A stretch of DNA of 63,899 bases, counting the filler, from Octopus bimaculoides (taxonomy: Eukaryota): assembly GCF_001194135.2 (NCBI RefSeq). It is 7 parts of 6 records of this genome, joined end to end, with 100 filler letters (N's around TTAATTAATTAA, not from the genome) between each part and the next. Parts side by side here need not be neighbours in the genome. Positions count along the whole stretch, not along the records: positions 1 to 16,843 come from NC_068982.1; positions 16,944 to 33,218 come from NC_068991.1; 5 more parts are not named here. One strand, given 5' to 3'. How positions within the stretch are numbered: the stretch's first letter is position 1; every line of letters starts with the position of its first letter. The translations under genes and the position numbers were made by a program. The notes under the pieces were generated by a model. That model was not told where the DNA came from, made no database searches, and worked only from the letters and a program-made list of their open reading frames with translations. Positions 12,250 through 25,616 of this stretch are shown here, one piece after another.

Positions 12250-12465
12250 TAATGGTTTCAAATTTTGGCACAAGGCCAGCAAGTTCAGGGAATAGGGTAA
12301 GTCAAGTACATCATCTTCAGCATTCGACTGATACTTATTCTATTGACCCCGAAAGGATGAAAGCTAAAGTCAACCTTGGTAGAGTTTGAACTCAGAACAT
12401 AAAGACAGAAGAAATGGCACTGTGCATTTAGTCTGGCATGCTAATGTTTCTGCCAGCTCACTGTC
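12250..12465 (-). mobile_element. SINE family B
   Basis: Reverse-complement match to the B consensus. Confidence 0.8.
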
Positions 12466-12506
12466 TTAATGATAATAATAGCAGCAGCAGCAGTAGCAGC
12501 AGTAGC

Positions 12507-12565
<59 letters not shown>

Positions 12566-12599
12566 CAATGATGACGATGATGATGATGATGATAACAAT

Positions 12600-13110
12600 G
12601 TCAAAGCAACCTTGAAGTGAGGAAAAATTATGAACATTAGTCTATGCTAGATAAAGAAACGGAGACAAGATAATTTGGCCAGACACAGACATACGAATAC
12701 TTAGAAAGCAACAAACTAGACAGAATTCCAACACACACACAAATGAAAGAAAAGGTTAGGAAGGAATATTATTGATGTATTAGATATTAAGACATAAAAC
12801 AGAGCTGAACACAAAAAAAAAACACCCAAAAAAAGGTGTTGGGCATCAATACATCAATACTATTGCTGGCCAGTAATAAGTAATAGTTATAATATTCTAA
12901 AGTGACTATTAAATGAATTAGTAAGACTAGACAGAAAACTAGAAAAAATAATGGCTGCATTTAGAATATACAATGTAAAATCTGACATAAAAAGATTATA
13001 TTTACAAGAAATCCACTTCTGAGACTACTTTGCACATATTTACATAAATATAGATGACGACAACATCTGTAAGGTTTGAAAATGCTATTCTCAGGAAATA
13101 ATAAAGAGGA
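12600..13110 (+). mobile_element. R4/Dong-type LINE RT C-terminal remnant flanked by (GAT)n
   Basis: Decayed TYEYL..HTQMKEKVRKEYY..TELN..INTIA..ELVRLDRK..SDIKRLYL across frameshifts. Confidence 0.6.
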
Positions 13111-13113
13111 AAG

Positions 13114-13178
<65 letters not shown>

Positions 13179-13793
13179 GTGATGGTGATCCTTATTCTTT
13201 ATTTGTGTTGACCTCTAGTTATCACTAATTGCATGTAACTCCAATTTTACCACCAATAATACAGTGATTGTAAAAGTGAATTGCAATACTTCACCAATAA
13301 ACTGACAAAATAAATGTAATATGACTGCCACATGGATAGACATAATTATTCAAAAGGAGTTATTTTTAACAGATTCTTTCACGAGAGGATCTATTGGCAA
13401 ATTTCTTTTAATACCATTTTGTCTTTTTTGGTATAATTTTATATTAAAGAAAAAAAAAAAAAAAACTACCAAAAAAAAAAAAAAAAAAGAAAATGAAACT
13501 GAAACTGATATCTAAATCTAGCTAAAGTTAATTAAAATTTCAATTATTCCTGCAGTGAGCTTCAAACTAACATAATTGACAAGATATATTACATCAAATC
13601 GCTATGTCTGTTTTGCAGCAGTTATAGAAATTTTGTTTTGTAATGAAGAATACTATTGAAGGAAGGTGGGGGATATTTTTAATAATCATATTTGAGTTGC
13701 ATCTTGCTAAGTTCTCAAAATGCTGACAAATGAGCCAAAGCATTAATGGATCAAATTCCATCTGCAAGGGCGCAAGATAAGCTCGGTATAGAT

Positions 13794-14178
13794 GTTGTTG
13801 TTGGCACTCCGTTGCTTACGACGTCGAGGGCTCCAGTTGATCCGATCAATGGAACAGCCTGCTTGTGAAATTAATGTGCAAGTGGCTGAGCACTCCACAG
13901 ACACGTGTACCCTTAACGTAGTTCTCGGGGATATTCAGCGTGACACAGTGTGACAAGGCTGACCCTTTGACTTACAGGCACAACAGAAACAGGAAGTAAG
14001 AGTGAGAGAAAGTTGTGGTGAAAGAGTACAGCAGGGTTCACCACCATCCCCTGCCGGAGCCTCGTGGAGCTTTAGGTGTTTTCGCTCAATAAACACTCAC
14101 AACGCCCGGTCTGGGAATCGAAACCGCAATCCCATAACCGCGAGTCTGCTGCCCTAACCACTGGGCCATTGCGCCTCC
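13794..14178 (-). mobile_element. tRNA-derived SINE family D with 13-bp TSD
   Basis: Head GGAGGCGCAATGGCCCAGTGGTTAGGGCAG..GTTTCGATTCCC (A- and B-box like); TSD GCTCGGTAWAGAT at 13781-13793 and 14179-14191. Confidence 0.9.
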
Positions 14179-14304
14179 GCTCGGTAAAGATAGACATTCA
14201 AGAAACATGTCTCTCCCTGGTGTGAACCACAGAGTTTCTGTTAAAGCTGATACACTTTCTTGGCTCTGGAAAACTATTGCTGAAAGAATCTGAGCCAGAA
14301 CTGG

Positions 14305-14420
14305 ATTAATCCTTAAGCAAAATAAACACCTGCTTAGGGCATCGAGGGAACGAGGGGCCACTACAGAAATGGTAAATAGTTTACGGCACAAAAGAAATCG
14401 TTTTAAACTTGCTCAAATAA
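14305..14420 (+). mobile_element. hAT-type element terminal fragment
   Basis: Reverse-complement similarity to 63230-63344, the end of the hAT element at 62935-63344. Confidence 0.5.
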
Positions 14421-14973
14421 TATGCAGCATAATGAATGATAATTGTATAAGTGAATAAATCTATATAAAATTATGGAAGTATTTAAGGTTTATCATCTCT
14501 GTTTAACTTGTTTCAATCATTGGACTATGGCCATGCTGTAGTACACCATGAAGAATTTTATTTGAACAAATCAATCCCAGTACTTTTTTTTTTAAACCTG
14601 GTACTTATTCTATTGGTCTTGGTGTGTTTGCATCCCTTGTAACTTAACAGATCGGCAAAATAAACCAATAAAGTAAGTGCCAGGCTTAAGATAAATAAGT
14701 ACTGGGGTTTATTTATTTAACTAAAAGATCTTCAAGGTGGTGCCCCAGTATGGCTGCAGTCCAATAACTGGAACAAGTAAAAGATAAAAGATGAATGGTA
14801 GACCTAATTTGTCACCACCATCGCCCTCTGATGCTTTGGTGCCTTGAACAGAGTCCACAATGCCATAAAGTTTCAGAGCAGGTCTCCTGGTCTAAGGATA
14901 ATTTCCTCCAATCCTCTCACCAGTCTCAGAGACCCTGAAAAATGTCACGAGTGCTTCCTTTCCTTTAAAGCTT

Positions 14974-15439
14974 AAAGGTTCTCAACCATTGGACCCCTTT
15001 GATTTCTATTTTACTCAATAGACCTCCATAGCATTTTACTGTATGTGAAACGATCCTTCTGCATTTTTATAAGTAACCCTTTTGTTACCAACCCAACTGA
15101 AACTGGCTCTGGCTCTGAATACAAATGTCTTGTTTTTATAAGCTTTGAATTAAAATCTTCCACCAAACCTTAGTCACAATTTATGTTCCTAACACTAGCT
15201 GAATGATAACTAAGTTATTTTACTAAATTCTTTGTATTTAAAGTAATTGAAAGAAACACAGAGCATCTCAAAATAAATTCAGTAACAAAAGGGTTAAATA
15301 TTATTAGGAATTGTATAAAAGAAAAGTTTTAACATTTTGTGTATCATAGAAAAATAACCCATTTATTGCAGATAAATTTTAACAACAAAATCTTATATGG
15401 AACCCCAAGGGTTATGTGAACCCCAGTTGAGAACCACTG
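14974..15439. mobile_element. hAT (Charlie/MER5-like) MITE
   Basis: Termini ..GGTTCTCAACC and GTTGAGAACCACTG. Confidence 0.6.
15074..15297. mobile_element. piggyBac-type MITE nested in the hAT MITE
   Basis: TIRs TAACCCTTTTGTTAC / GTAACAAAAGGGTTAA; CCC..GGG termini with TTAA at the right end. Confidence 0.7.
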
Positions 15440-15699
15440 CAGGGCATGATAAGTTTTTAAAACACACATATACAGATACATACATTCACAGAAAGAAGTA
15501 TCTTGCATTATCGATCCCTGTCATTGGAACTCCCTAAATACACAGCCACAGTATACAAAGATTAGCACTGGGCCTGCTAGACCCAGACCCATGTGTCTCT
15601 GCTTCAAGATAAGATTGTCTTCAATCAATTTTTCCAAATACATGCTGTTTGAATTAAACTTGGCCTTCGTAGGATTTTCGAGTGAGATCGTTGCCAGTG

Positions 15700-15985
15700 C
15701 CTCTGGACTGGCCCTTGTGCAGGTGGCACATAAAATACACCATTTTGAGTGTGGCCATTGCCAGTACCGCCTGACTGGCCCTAGTGCCGGTGGCACATAA
15801 AAAGCACCCACTACACTCTCTGAGTGGTTGGCGTTAGGAAGGGCATCCAGCTGTAGAAACTCTGCCAAGTTAGATTGGAGCCTGGTGTTGCCATCTGGTT
15901 TCACCAGTCTTCAGTCAAATCGTCCAACCCATGCTAGCATGGAAAGCAGATGTTAAACGATGATGATGATGATGATGATGATGAT
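15700..15985 (+). mobile_element. RTE-LINE 3' UTR fragment (family C) with (GAT)n tail
   Basis: AAAAGCACCC..GTGGTTGGCGTTAGGAAGGGCATCCAGC..CCAACCCATGCTAGCATGGAAAGCAGATGTTAAACGATGATG. Confidence 0.85.
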
Positions 15986-16843
15986 TCTCTCTATCTACAT
16001 ACCAAGATATCTTCTAATCCCATATATCTCTCCACCAATCTAACTAATCTTGTTTAATACTATTTAGTCCAATCCAGCTAGCTAGCTAGCTATCTAATTC
16101 TATATGTCTGGCAATCTACCAATCAATCAATCACTCTACCAATCTATATATCTATCTTTCTAATCCTACGTACCTTCCAATCTAATCCTTTGTATATGCT
16201 TCCCACCTGATCTTCTGCTTACCTGTCCTGTAACTCTTATATGTGTATCTGTATATGCAATGTTGTGAAAAACAGTGTTGTGAAAAACAGATAGCAAATA
16301 GAGAGAGACTGGGTACATAGTGGACACAAATGTCTCATAATGATCAATTGACAAATGTATAGACTAAACAAATATTTTTTTAAATATCACATATCTTGAA
16401 TCCATGCACTAACCTTCCTGCCCAACCACCTACCACTTAACTGTTTTTCTGTCTATCTGTCTGTCTTAGTTTTGCTTCCTTAATCGACCAAACAGTACGC
16501 TCTGACAAGGAAGTTACCTGTATTTATGCGTCAGTCAAATCTCTATTCAGGTATATTCGTTAGTGACAAGTAATGAAGCAGTAAAAAAGTTTGTTGGCTC
16601 TTTTTTAATCATCAACTTGTTTTAAACAAATTCATTTCCCCAGTGAAAAAAAAAACAGATTGGTAAGAATATCTTTTCATTTATTATTTTATCTTTCACT
16701 TGTTTCAGTCATTAGGCTGTGGCCATGCTGTGGCCATGCTGTGGCACCACCTAGAAGAGTCTTAGGACTTATTATTTTTTTAAACCTGGTACTTATCTTA
16801 TTGGTCTCATTTTGCCGAACTGTTAAGCTACAACAACGTAACT

Positions 16844-16943
16844 NNNNNNNNNNNNNNNNNNNNNNNNNNNNNNNNNNNNNNNNNNNNTTAATTAATTAAN
16901 NNNNNNNNNNNNNNNNNNNNNNNNNNNNNNNNNNNNNNNNNNN
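16844..16943. other. Artificial scaffold linker 44N-TTAATTAATTAA-44N
   Basis: Exactly 100 nt; TTAATTAATTAA at 16888-16899 gives stops in all six frames. Confidence 0.95.
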
Positions 16944-17048
16944 AGAAGAAGAAGAAGAAGAAGAAGAAGAAGAAGAAGAAGAAGAAGAAGAAGAAGAAGA
17001 AGAAGAAGAAGAAGAAGAAGAAGAAGAAGAAGAAGAAGAAGAAGAAGA
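16944..17048 (+). repeat. (AGA)n microsatellite
   Basis: Direct reading. Confidence 0.95.
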
Positions 17049-17552
17049 AAGGAATGCGGGAGTGCTTTGATAGTAGTAGGATGTTAAATGGTCAAGTGCT
17101 GTGAAAGTGACTTGTGAACGGTAGTAGTGATTGAATTCTTGAGATATCTCTTTTGAATGTATTGTTTTAATATTTGCGTGGGTGTTATTCTAAGCAACAA
17201 CAGTAGTAAAGTAAAAAAGGAGGTGGCGGAGAGGAAGAAGACGAAAAAGAAGGAGAAGGAGAAGAAGCCCATTGGTTGCTTTTGAACCAGTGAAGTCACC
17301 CTATACATGGTCACCAATTATTCTCAAAGAAAGATAAAAGTTGCCTCCTCTTTGCTTCGCTCGGCTCGGAGAAATGTTTAGCAGTATTTCTTCGAGCTTT
17401 ATGTTCCGATTTCAAATTTCACCAAGGTCTGCTATCTTTTGCGGTCGAGAAAATGTGTTCTAGTTGCGTACTGACGTCAATAAAATCGACTAGTCTTCCT
17501 CCCTCTAAATTTCAGTTCTTGTGCCTATGATGGAAACTATTATTACGAACAA

Positions 17553-17735
17553 AATGGCGGCAAGCTGGTCGAACCGTTAGCGCGTCGGACAAAGTGGCAT
17601 TTCTTCCGAGTGAGTTCGAATTTCAACGCTCTGAGTTCAAATTCCATCGAGATTGACTTTACCATTTTGACTTTGTCGGTGATCGACTTACTCTAAAATT
17701 GCTGACCTTGTGCCAAAATTTTAAACCATTATTAG
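17553..17735 (+). mobile_element. Diverged SINE family B
   Basis: GGCGGCAAGCTGGTCGAACCGTTAGCGCGTCGGAC..CTGAGTTCAAATTCC. Confidence 0.6.
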
Positions 17736-18007
17736 AAAGAAAAAACGCTGTGGTTAATAAGTTCGCTCCGCAACCACGTGGTTTCGATATCGATCGAACT
17801 GCACGGTGATTTTTGCAAGATTTTTCCTACAAAACTTTGGGTTTGACCCACCTCACTAGAATTTAGTTTGGTGGGTGCAGGCATGTGTTTAACAAGTTCG
17901 CTTCTTAAGTATGTAATTTTAAGCACGTTAACATAGCCTCGACAGAGCGATTGAAACTGGGAAGACGGAATCTAAGTGAAAGCCGGTCAAAAAAACTATA
18001 GTGAAAT

Positions 18008-18334
18008 AATGGCACACCATCGATTACGCCGACGAGTGTTCCAGCTGATCCGATCAGCGAAACAGCTTGCTTGTGAAATTAACGTGCAAGTGGCTGGGCA
18101 CTCCACAGACACGCGTACCCTTAACGTAGTTCTCAGGAAGATTCAGTGTAACACATAATATGACAAGGCTGGGTCCTTTTTAATTACATGCACTATTCAT
18201 TTTTCCTAGCTGAATAGACTGGCTCAACGTGAAATAAAATATCACGCTGAAGGACACGACGCCCCACCGGGTATCGAACTTACGACCTTAGGTCGTGATC
18301 CAAATATCCTAATCACTAAGTCACGCGCCTTCAC
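18008..18334 (-). mobile_element. tRNA-derived SINE family E (shares its 3' part with family D)
   Basis: Tail block GTGAAATTAACGTGCAAGTGGCTG..CCCTTAACGTAGTTCTC is shared with D; head and body differ. Confidence 0.75.
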
Positions 18335-20715
18335 CTGCTTTACAGCGCCACATGATCCTTGAGAACCTTTACCGGAGTTGGCCATCAATTATTCACGCTA
18401 AGTCACCAACCTGAAGACGGCCAACAACCACTGAACTATTTTTCGAAATTGATGCAGCGCAAGAGATTTAAAGAAAACGTAATTTCAACAGAACAGAAGT
18501 AGACCTGTCAAAAAAAACCGGGACACTTCATGGCTACCATGTAAGAAGAATACTGACTTAACGGAACTATTAAAGCAAACCAAGTAATTATGACTCTAGA
18601 TCTAATCACCAGGGCATCACATACACTAAGTTCTAAATAAGAGATATTTATACATGAAGCAAATAAAAGTTATTATATTTGGATATTTCTATCTTTCACA
18701 TTATCTATAATCTCCCATTCTTCATTGTTCGCTTATTTTACTATTTTAAGCTCTTATCGGCTTTTCTGGTTATCTGTATCTGACGTAGTAGATAAATTCG
18801 CATGCACAGACGCACGCACACGCACGCGCGCGCGCGTGTGTGTATTTTCTAGATATAAATGCTATGTTCAATTCGTAAGTTTTATCACCCTATCAATAGT
18901 ATTTATGGTTATCTGTGCTTTGCTCTTAAAATATCGTCTGACTTGGGCGATATTTAAACCACCATGTTTTCTTATTTTTCTTTTTTTTTTTTCACCGTGT
19001 AACAAACGGTTAATGATCACTCTGTTCTCTGAACGTTGCTAAACGGGTATATATAATACCCTCATCCTACAGCACACATACATGCAGTATCTCTCAATCT
19101 ATTTTCCAAATCTGTTTATATCTTTAAACCTGTTTATAATCTGTCGTACTGTCTTAACCAGAGTCTTTTCCAGCATTTGTTTGCATTTCGTCCTGTGTGT
19201 GTTTACATGTACATGTATTATGCATACATGTGTATATGTGTGTATATATAAGTGTGTGTATGTGTGTGTGTGTTGCAAACTGGATGTCATATAAATCCAC
19301 GTATAATGTATGTATCACTTTTCTCTATATATACACATACATACCTCCCTCCCTCCCCCTTGTTTGTTTGTATATATGTACATATATTCAGATACAGCAT
19401 TTTCTTTGCAATGGCCATCTGATTGATGGTGGTGGGTGTATATGAAGAGAAGCACTAAAATGAAAGAGTGACAATGATTAAGAATGAGAAATTGGATGGA
19501 GGAAGGAATGAAATGAAAGATGGTAAAGAATTCGATGAAGGAAAAACAAAAATGAATTTAAAACTACGGAGAAAAACTGAGAAAGTTTTGTGGAGAAGAA
19601 AAAACAGAATGAAGCTAAACTGATTAAAGGAAATGAACAAATTGGAAGAATTTAGAATGGCAAAAGTAATGGAAGGAAGAAAGGACTTCTGAATAGTTAT
19701 ATATCGCTATATCTTTCCATCTCACTCCCTTTTACTCTCTTTCCATTTTCTCTTCCTTTTTCTCTCCCCCACTTCATCTATCTAAGCTTTTAATTACATA
19801 TGGTCCCCCACTTTATAATTGACCTCTTGATGTTTTTTATTTGCTTCTGTATAAAGTAACAACAAAAAAAAGGCTGCTCTGCGAGTAGCAAACGATAACT
19901 GACGTGTGTTTATATGGCGGCGTGTGTGTTTGTTTAAAGCTTCAAGAGCTCGCCGCATTATATATCCAATAGAGTCGTGCGTAATCTGATAAATGATCTT
20001 ATGGTGTGTAAATATTCGCTTTCTTTTGGATTCTTTTTTCCTTGTATTAGCGTGGTTAGGTGAGGCGCAGAGATATAGCGGTACTGGCATTCGGTCTCTT
20101 GCTAATGGCGACTACAAACTTCCAAACATCATCATCACCATCACCAACACCATCGTCGCCACAGCTTGTCTCTAAAAAAAAAGTGGGAGAGAAGTGTTTG
20201 GGTGAAATGGAGGAGTCATCTCATAGAACTTGTTTGATAAATAGAAATAAAGTAAAAATCTATTTTTAAAAAATAAAGCAAAAACCAAACAATGGCGATA
20301 AAGCCAAAAGAAATAGAAAAACGGAAGTGGTATGTGAAGAGAAAGAATGATTATCAGTAGCCCCTTAAACCAATAATCAGAAAAAACTTAGTTAATATCA
20401 CAGATTTCACCCCAGAGACGTTCTAGTTGGTAGGAGTCTGAAAAAATAGCTTCGCTCTGCATTCGTTTGAAGTATTAAAGAAAACTCAAGAACATTAAAA
20501 AACAAGGGTCCAGACATGGTAAGAGTTCATTAACGAACGGGAAGATACGATGTATGGTGTCAGAATGAGATATTTCAATGGTAAATGAACGATTTGATGA
20601 TGCAATATATCGAAGGATGGAATGAATTTCTAAAGAGTAGTTTTTATAATCAATTAGTATTCTGAAAACAGTCGTCTGCCATTATTTTCAGAGTAAATGT
20701 GATCTCATACACACA

Positions 20716-20780
<65 letters not shown>

Positions 20781-21290
20781 NNNNNNNNNNNNNNNNNNNN
20801 NNNNNNNNNNNNNNNNNNNNNNNNNNNNNNNNNNNNNNNNNNNNNNNNNNNNNNNNNNNNNNNNNNNNNNNNNNNNNNNNNNNNNNNNNNNNNNNNNNNN
20901 NNNNNNNNNNNNNNNNNNNNNNNNNNNNNNNNNNNNNNNNNNNNNNNNNNNNNNNNNNNNNNNNNNNNNNNNNNNNNNNNNNNNNNNNNNNNNNNNNNNN
21001 NNNNNNNNNNNNNNNNNNNNNNNNNNNNNNNNNNNNNNNNNNNNNNNNNNNNNNNNNNNNNNNNNNNNNNNNNNNNNNNNNNNNNNNNNNNNNNNNNNNN
21101 NNNNNNNNNNNNNNNNNNNNNNNNNNNNNNNNNNNNNNNNNNNNNNNNNNNNNNNNNNNNNNNNNNNNNNNNNNNNNNNNNNNNNNNNNNNNNNNNNNNN
21201 NNNNNNNNNNNNNNNNNNNNNNNNNNNNNNNNNNNNNNNNNNNNNNNNNNNNNNNNNNNNNNNCGATATGGGCGTGCGTGCGTGCGTGCC

Positions 21291-21321
<31 letters not shown>

Positions 21322-21322
21322 C

Positions 21323-21353
<31 letters not shown>

Positions 21354-21399
21354 CTGCGTGCGTGTGTGTGTTTACAAGGTATAGAAACTTTAACAGCTG

Positions 21400-21640
21400 A
21401 TAACTCATTTTTCATTTCATTTTAGATTTAATCTATTAGAAATAATAAAAAACCAGACTAAGATTTGAACAAGGAAATTTACTCTAAAGTGCAACTGGAA
21501 GTTTGAAAACGCAGTCGAAGTGCAAAAACAGTCGAGGAGGGAATTTCCAACAGATCCACTAACACGACTTACCATCACTCGAATTAGTGATATGTTGAAG
21601 TAGATGGAACTGTTCAAAATGTCCACAAGAAACGATTCGA
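21400..21640 (+). mobile_element. Tc1/mariner transposase N-terminal remnant, interrupted by a LINE
   Basis: TLKCNWKFENAVEVQKQSRREFPTDPLTRLTITRISD..DGTVQNVHK; homologous to 25304-25520 on the minus strand. Confidence 0.7.
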
Positions 21641-23650
21641 AACGATTCCAAACAAGGGGGACGTAATAGATAACTTTAGGCCCATCATTCTGCTCAATGC
21701 AGATTTGAAAATGTTGCCCAAGGTGCTAGCCAAGAGATTGGCGCTTGTCATCGAGAAACTAGTCGACAAGGCACAAATGTGCGCCGTGCAGGGCCGGAGC
21801 ATCCGTGACAACCTCCACCTCATGCGCTACATCATACACAGGGTAGTTAAGGAACCTGGCATGGGTGGCGAACTGATCAATTTGGATCAATCCAAAGCTT
21901 TCGATAGGGTAGACCATCGATACTTGGAGGCTGTCCTCATAGCGGCTGGTTTCGGTCCCGTTTTCCGTGGCTGGATTGCTGCCTTATGCAAAGGCATCCG
22001 TTCGGTAATTTGCGTGAATGGGCATCTATCGAGACCATTGGACATAGCATGTTCGNNNNNNNNNNNNNNNNNNNNNNNNNNNNNNNNNNNNNNNNNNNNN
22101 NNNNNNNNNNNNNNNNNNNNNNNNNNNNNNNNNNNNNNNNNNNNNNNNNNNNNNNNNNNNNNNNNNNNNNNNNNNNNNNNNNNNNNNNNNNNNNNNNNNN
22201 NNNNNNNNNNNNNNNNNNNNNNNNNNNNNNNNNNNNNNNNNNNNNNNNNNNNNNNNNNNNNNNNNNNNNNNNNNNNNNNNNNNNNNNNNNNNNNNNNNNN
22301 NNNNNNNNNNNNNNNNNNNNNNNNNNNNNNNNNNNNNNNNNNNNNNNNNNNNNNNNNNNNNNNNNNNNNNNNNNNNNNNNNNNNNNNNNNNNNNNNNNNN
22401 NNNNNNNNNNNNNNNNNNNNNNNNNNNNNNNNNNNNNNNNNNNNNNNNNNNNNNNNNNNNNNNNNNNNNNNNNNNNNNNNNNNNNNNNNNNNNNNNNNNN
22501 NNNNNNNNNNNNNNNNNNNNNNNNNNNNNNNNNNNNNNNNNNNNNNNNNNNNNNNNNNNNNNNNNNNNNNNNNNNNNNNNNNNNNNNNNNNNNNNNNNNN
22601 NNNNNNNNNNNNNNNNNNNNNNNNNNNNNNNNNNNNNNNNNNNNNNNNNNNNNNNNNNNNNNNNNNNNNNNNNNNNNNNNNNNNNNNNNNNNNNNNNNNN
22701 NNNNNNNNNNNNNNNNNNNNNNNNNNNNNNNNNNNNNNNNNNNNNNNNNNNNNNNNNNNNNNNNNNNNNNNNNNNNNNNNNNNNNNNNNNNNNNNNNNNN
22801 NNNNNNNNNNNNNNNNNNNNNNNNNNNNNNNNNNNNNNNNNNNNNNNNNNNNNNNNNNNNNNNNNNNNNNNNNNNNNNNNNNNNNNTTCAGAGATCCCTG
22901 GCCTGGCAGTGCTATCGAGAAGCGCTACCCGTTCGGGATAAGCTCTACAGGCATGGCTCCAGAAACACCGGGCCGACCTGCCCGAGATGCGGTCAGAGTG
23001 ACGAAACCGTTCTGCACGCACTCGTGCAGTGTCCAACCATTTCCGACCTGTGGGCTTATGTCGAACGACTGCTGTCGCGTGTAGGACGAGTGGGTTTATC
23101 AGCCGAGTCTGTCGCGCCTCCTTCCTTCAAACAGGAAGGAAGAGCCATTTTTATCGTACTTGTGGCTATGGCGAAAGAATGTGTATAGTGGACGCGTCTG
23201 AAAGGCCTAAAGGCAAACACTTTCCTCTCTGGTCAATCTCTCATCAACTTCTTCAGGTATCACTTGAAAAGGAAGGTGAGAGTAAAGAGGGAAGTTTTAT
23301 CTAGTGAATGTTTCAATAAAAGATGGGTGAATGTAGCAAGGATGGCACGTGTGAATGACGGAGCCACCTTGAGCATAATCCTATGAACCAGAAAAAGAAA
23401 GGAAAAAGAGAGTAACTAACCGTAAATGTGTTTTTGTATAACATTATTGACCGAGGTTGCCGTGGTCTTTTCGTAGGTTTTTCTTTCCACGGATATATTG
23501 ACATTATTTCGATCTTTTGTACGACCCAAACGATTTCGATCCCTTTTGATCGTTATCCCTTTTTTTTTTTCGCCCCACCTCGCAAAGAAAAACTCTACAT
23601 TGTTTTTGTCCCCTCTGTGTTCGGCCCTGTGTGGCTAATAAAAGAAGTTA
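21641..23650 (+). mobile_element. L1/Tx1-type LINE (RT and zinc-knuckle region), central N-gap
   Basis: FRPIILLNADLKMLPKVLAKRL..LDQSKAFDRVDH..VNGHLS; CPRCGQSDETVLHALVQCP; pyrimidine-rich 3' UTR ending near AATAAAAG. Confidence 0.9.
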
Positions 23651-24368
23651 CCGACCTCAGAACTAATTTTATCGATCATTATATATTGAATGGCTAGATA
23701 CATATGAACAACAACCTCCTTCAATATCGGTCTTCCACCTCCCCCCCCCTCCCACTTCAGTTCCACTACTGACAAACTATTGGTCTTGTATGTGTTCCCA
23801 ACTGATAAGGTTTCGGTAAAAGAAATCGCCTTTCAACTTTTTGCAAGAGAACATCAAACAAACGAAGGGGTGTGCGTGAAGTAAAAGGGGAGACTATAAA
23901 ATTATCCTGCAGCGCCCTCTTATACGCAAACTCGCCATTATCTCTTTGTCCCTCCACCCACCCACCTTCCACTTTACAGTTCTTAGTCCAGATAGAAAGG
24001 TTCCGACTGATTATAGGGATTTTTATATATTTTTATGAAGTGTCCCGTCTCCTGAGGGGGGAAATGGTGAGATAGTTTGCTTTTGAAAGTGGTAGTGGTG
24101 ATGGGTGTGGTGGCGTAGGTGTTACGGAATGGTCAGAGTCTTAGAGATAGCTTATTCTGCCAAGCAAGCCTATTATTCTTTCCTCTTAATCTTTATTTTG
24201 TGCTGTTGTTTATCTTTGATCTTGTTCTTGCTCACTGACTTTCACAGTCCTTGGTTGATCCAAGCAACAGATTGACGGACGAACAGTCAGTATTAAGCGA
24301 TGAAAACAGCCTCTGAATAGCATGGCCTGCGGTTCACACACATACACGCACGCGCACGCACACACACA

Positions 24369-24412
<44 letters not shown>

Positions 24413-24959
24413 ATACATACCCATACATACTCATACATACACAAATACTCACATATTCACTCGCACATTCACGACATACACACACAACCCCACTCACATA
24501 TTATACACAACTCACTCACTCTTTCTTTCTTTGGAATCACAAACAGCAAGAAGCATTTCTTTCGGTATTCATGCGCACTCTCATTCAAAATCTGCCTTTA
24601 ATTCGTCGACTGTTGCAGGTTGTGTACTATAAACTTCTATGTACCTTTGTAAAGAAAAGTCTATTGGTATGAGATCCGGTGAACACGGAAGGCATTCTAC
24701 TGAACCTCACTGTCCTGTTTGGCAAAATTTCATCGTGTTAAGTCCTTTAAATTACTATGGTAGTGTATGGAGAGGGAGCGTTTAGCTGGAAATAAAACTC
24801 CACATCTTCAAAGTCCTCTGGGGTGTATGGCATGACAGATTGTTGCAGACTAGTCCCAAATGGGACTAGTCAAAGTACCATAAAAACGAATACTCTAATT
24901 AACACTTTTAATGGTAGGCTGTACCATTTTGTAACTTTAATAAATTAACATGATGTTCC

Positions 24960-25561
24960 TCCGTAATATGCGGATTCTCAGGCCTCCAGTATGTGCAATT
25001 GTGGCAGTATTTGATCCGTTTAATTGAATAGGTTCATCAGTTCCGACAGTTTTTATTGGAAAGTGTGCATTTTGTACACATCTTGCCAAGTAACACTCTC
25101 AAGATGTTACTCTTCAGTCCAGATCATCTTCTTTGAGAGCAAGGACTATTCTTGGAATATAACTTTTTCCAGTGAGAGTGTTTCAGAACGTGACGGAAAC
25201 CTTTGATTTTGAAATTTCTCTCTCACGACTCACATTTTCTTGAATTCTGACAAATTTCTAGCATCTTTTCTTGCTTTGTGAGATTCGACGATGTCGACTT
25301 TCTTCAAGAACGATTTTTGTGAACATTCTGAACAGTTATGTCTGCTTCAAACTTATCTTTAATGCGATTGATGGTAAACCGCGCAGGTGGTTCTGCTGGA
25401 AACTCCCTCCTCAAACGTCTTTGTATTTCGACTGTGTTTTCGGACTTCCAGTAGCACTTTAGGGCAAATTTTCTTTGCTCAAAACTTTGTTTGGTTCCCT
25501 TCATTAGTTCTAATCTTAGATTAATAAAAAGAAACGAAAATGAGTTGGAGACACATCTGTA
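24960..25561 (-). mobile_element. Tc1/mariner transposase remnant with 5' terminus
   Basis: QSFEQRKFALKCYWKSENTVEIQRRLRREFP..TINRIKDKFE (HTH region), later [12 protein letters not shown]; TA-CAG terminus near 25561. Confidence 0.8.
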
Positions 25562-25574
25562 TAGACGTATCCTA

Positions 25575-25616
<42 letters not shown>

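Noticed and set aside
15895-15915. CTGAAGA-CTGGT-GAAA-CCAG on the antisense strand of family C (similar at ~60318)
   Set aside because: No helix II can form between the motifs, GAAA is simply the loop of a CTGG/CCAG hairpin, and there is no UH site or helix I.
18375-18430. CTGAAGACGGCC with a nearby GTTGGCC/GGCCAAC inverted repeat
   Set aside because: No GAAA follows a closing helix II.
19850-20175. CpG-richer unique segment with TGACGT, TATA-like and CCAAT words
   Set aside because: Short motifs arise by chance and there is no linked gene or TSS evidence.
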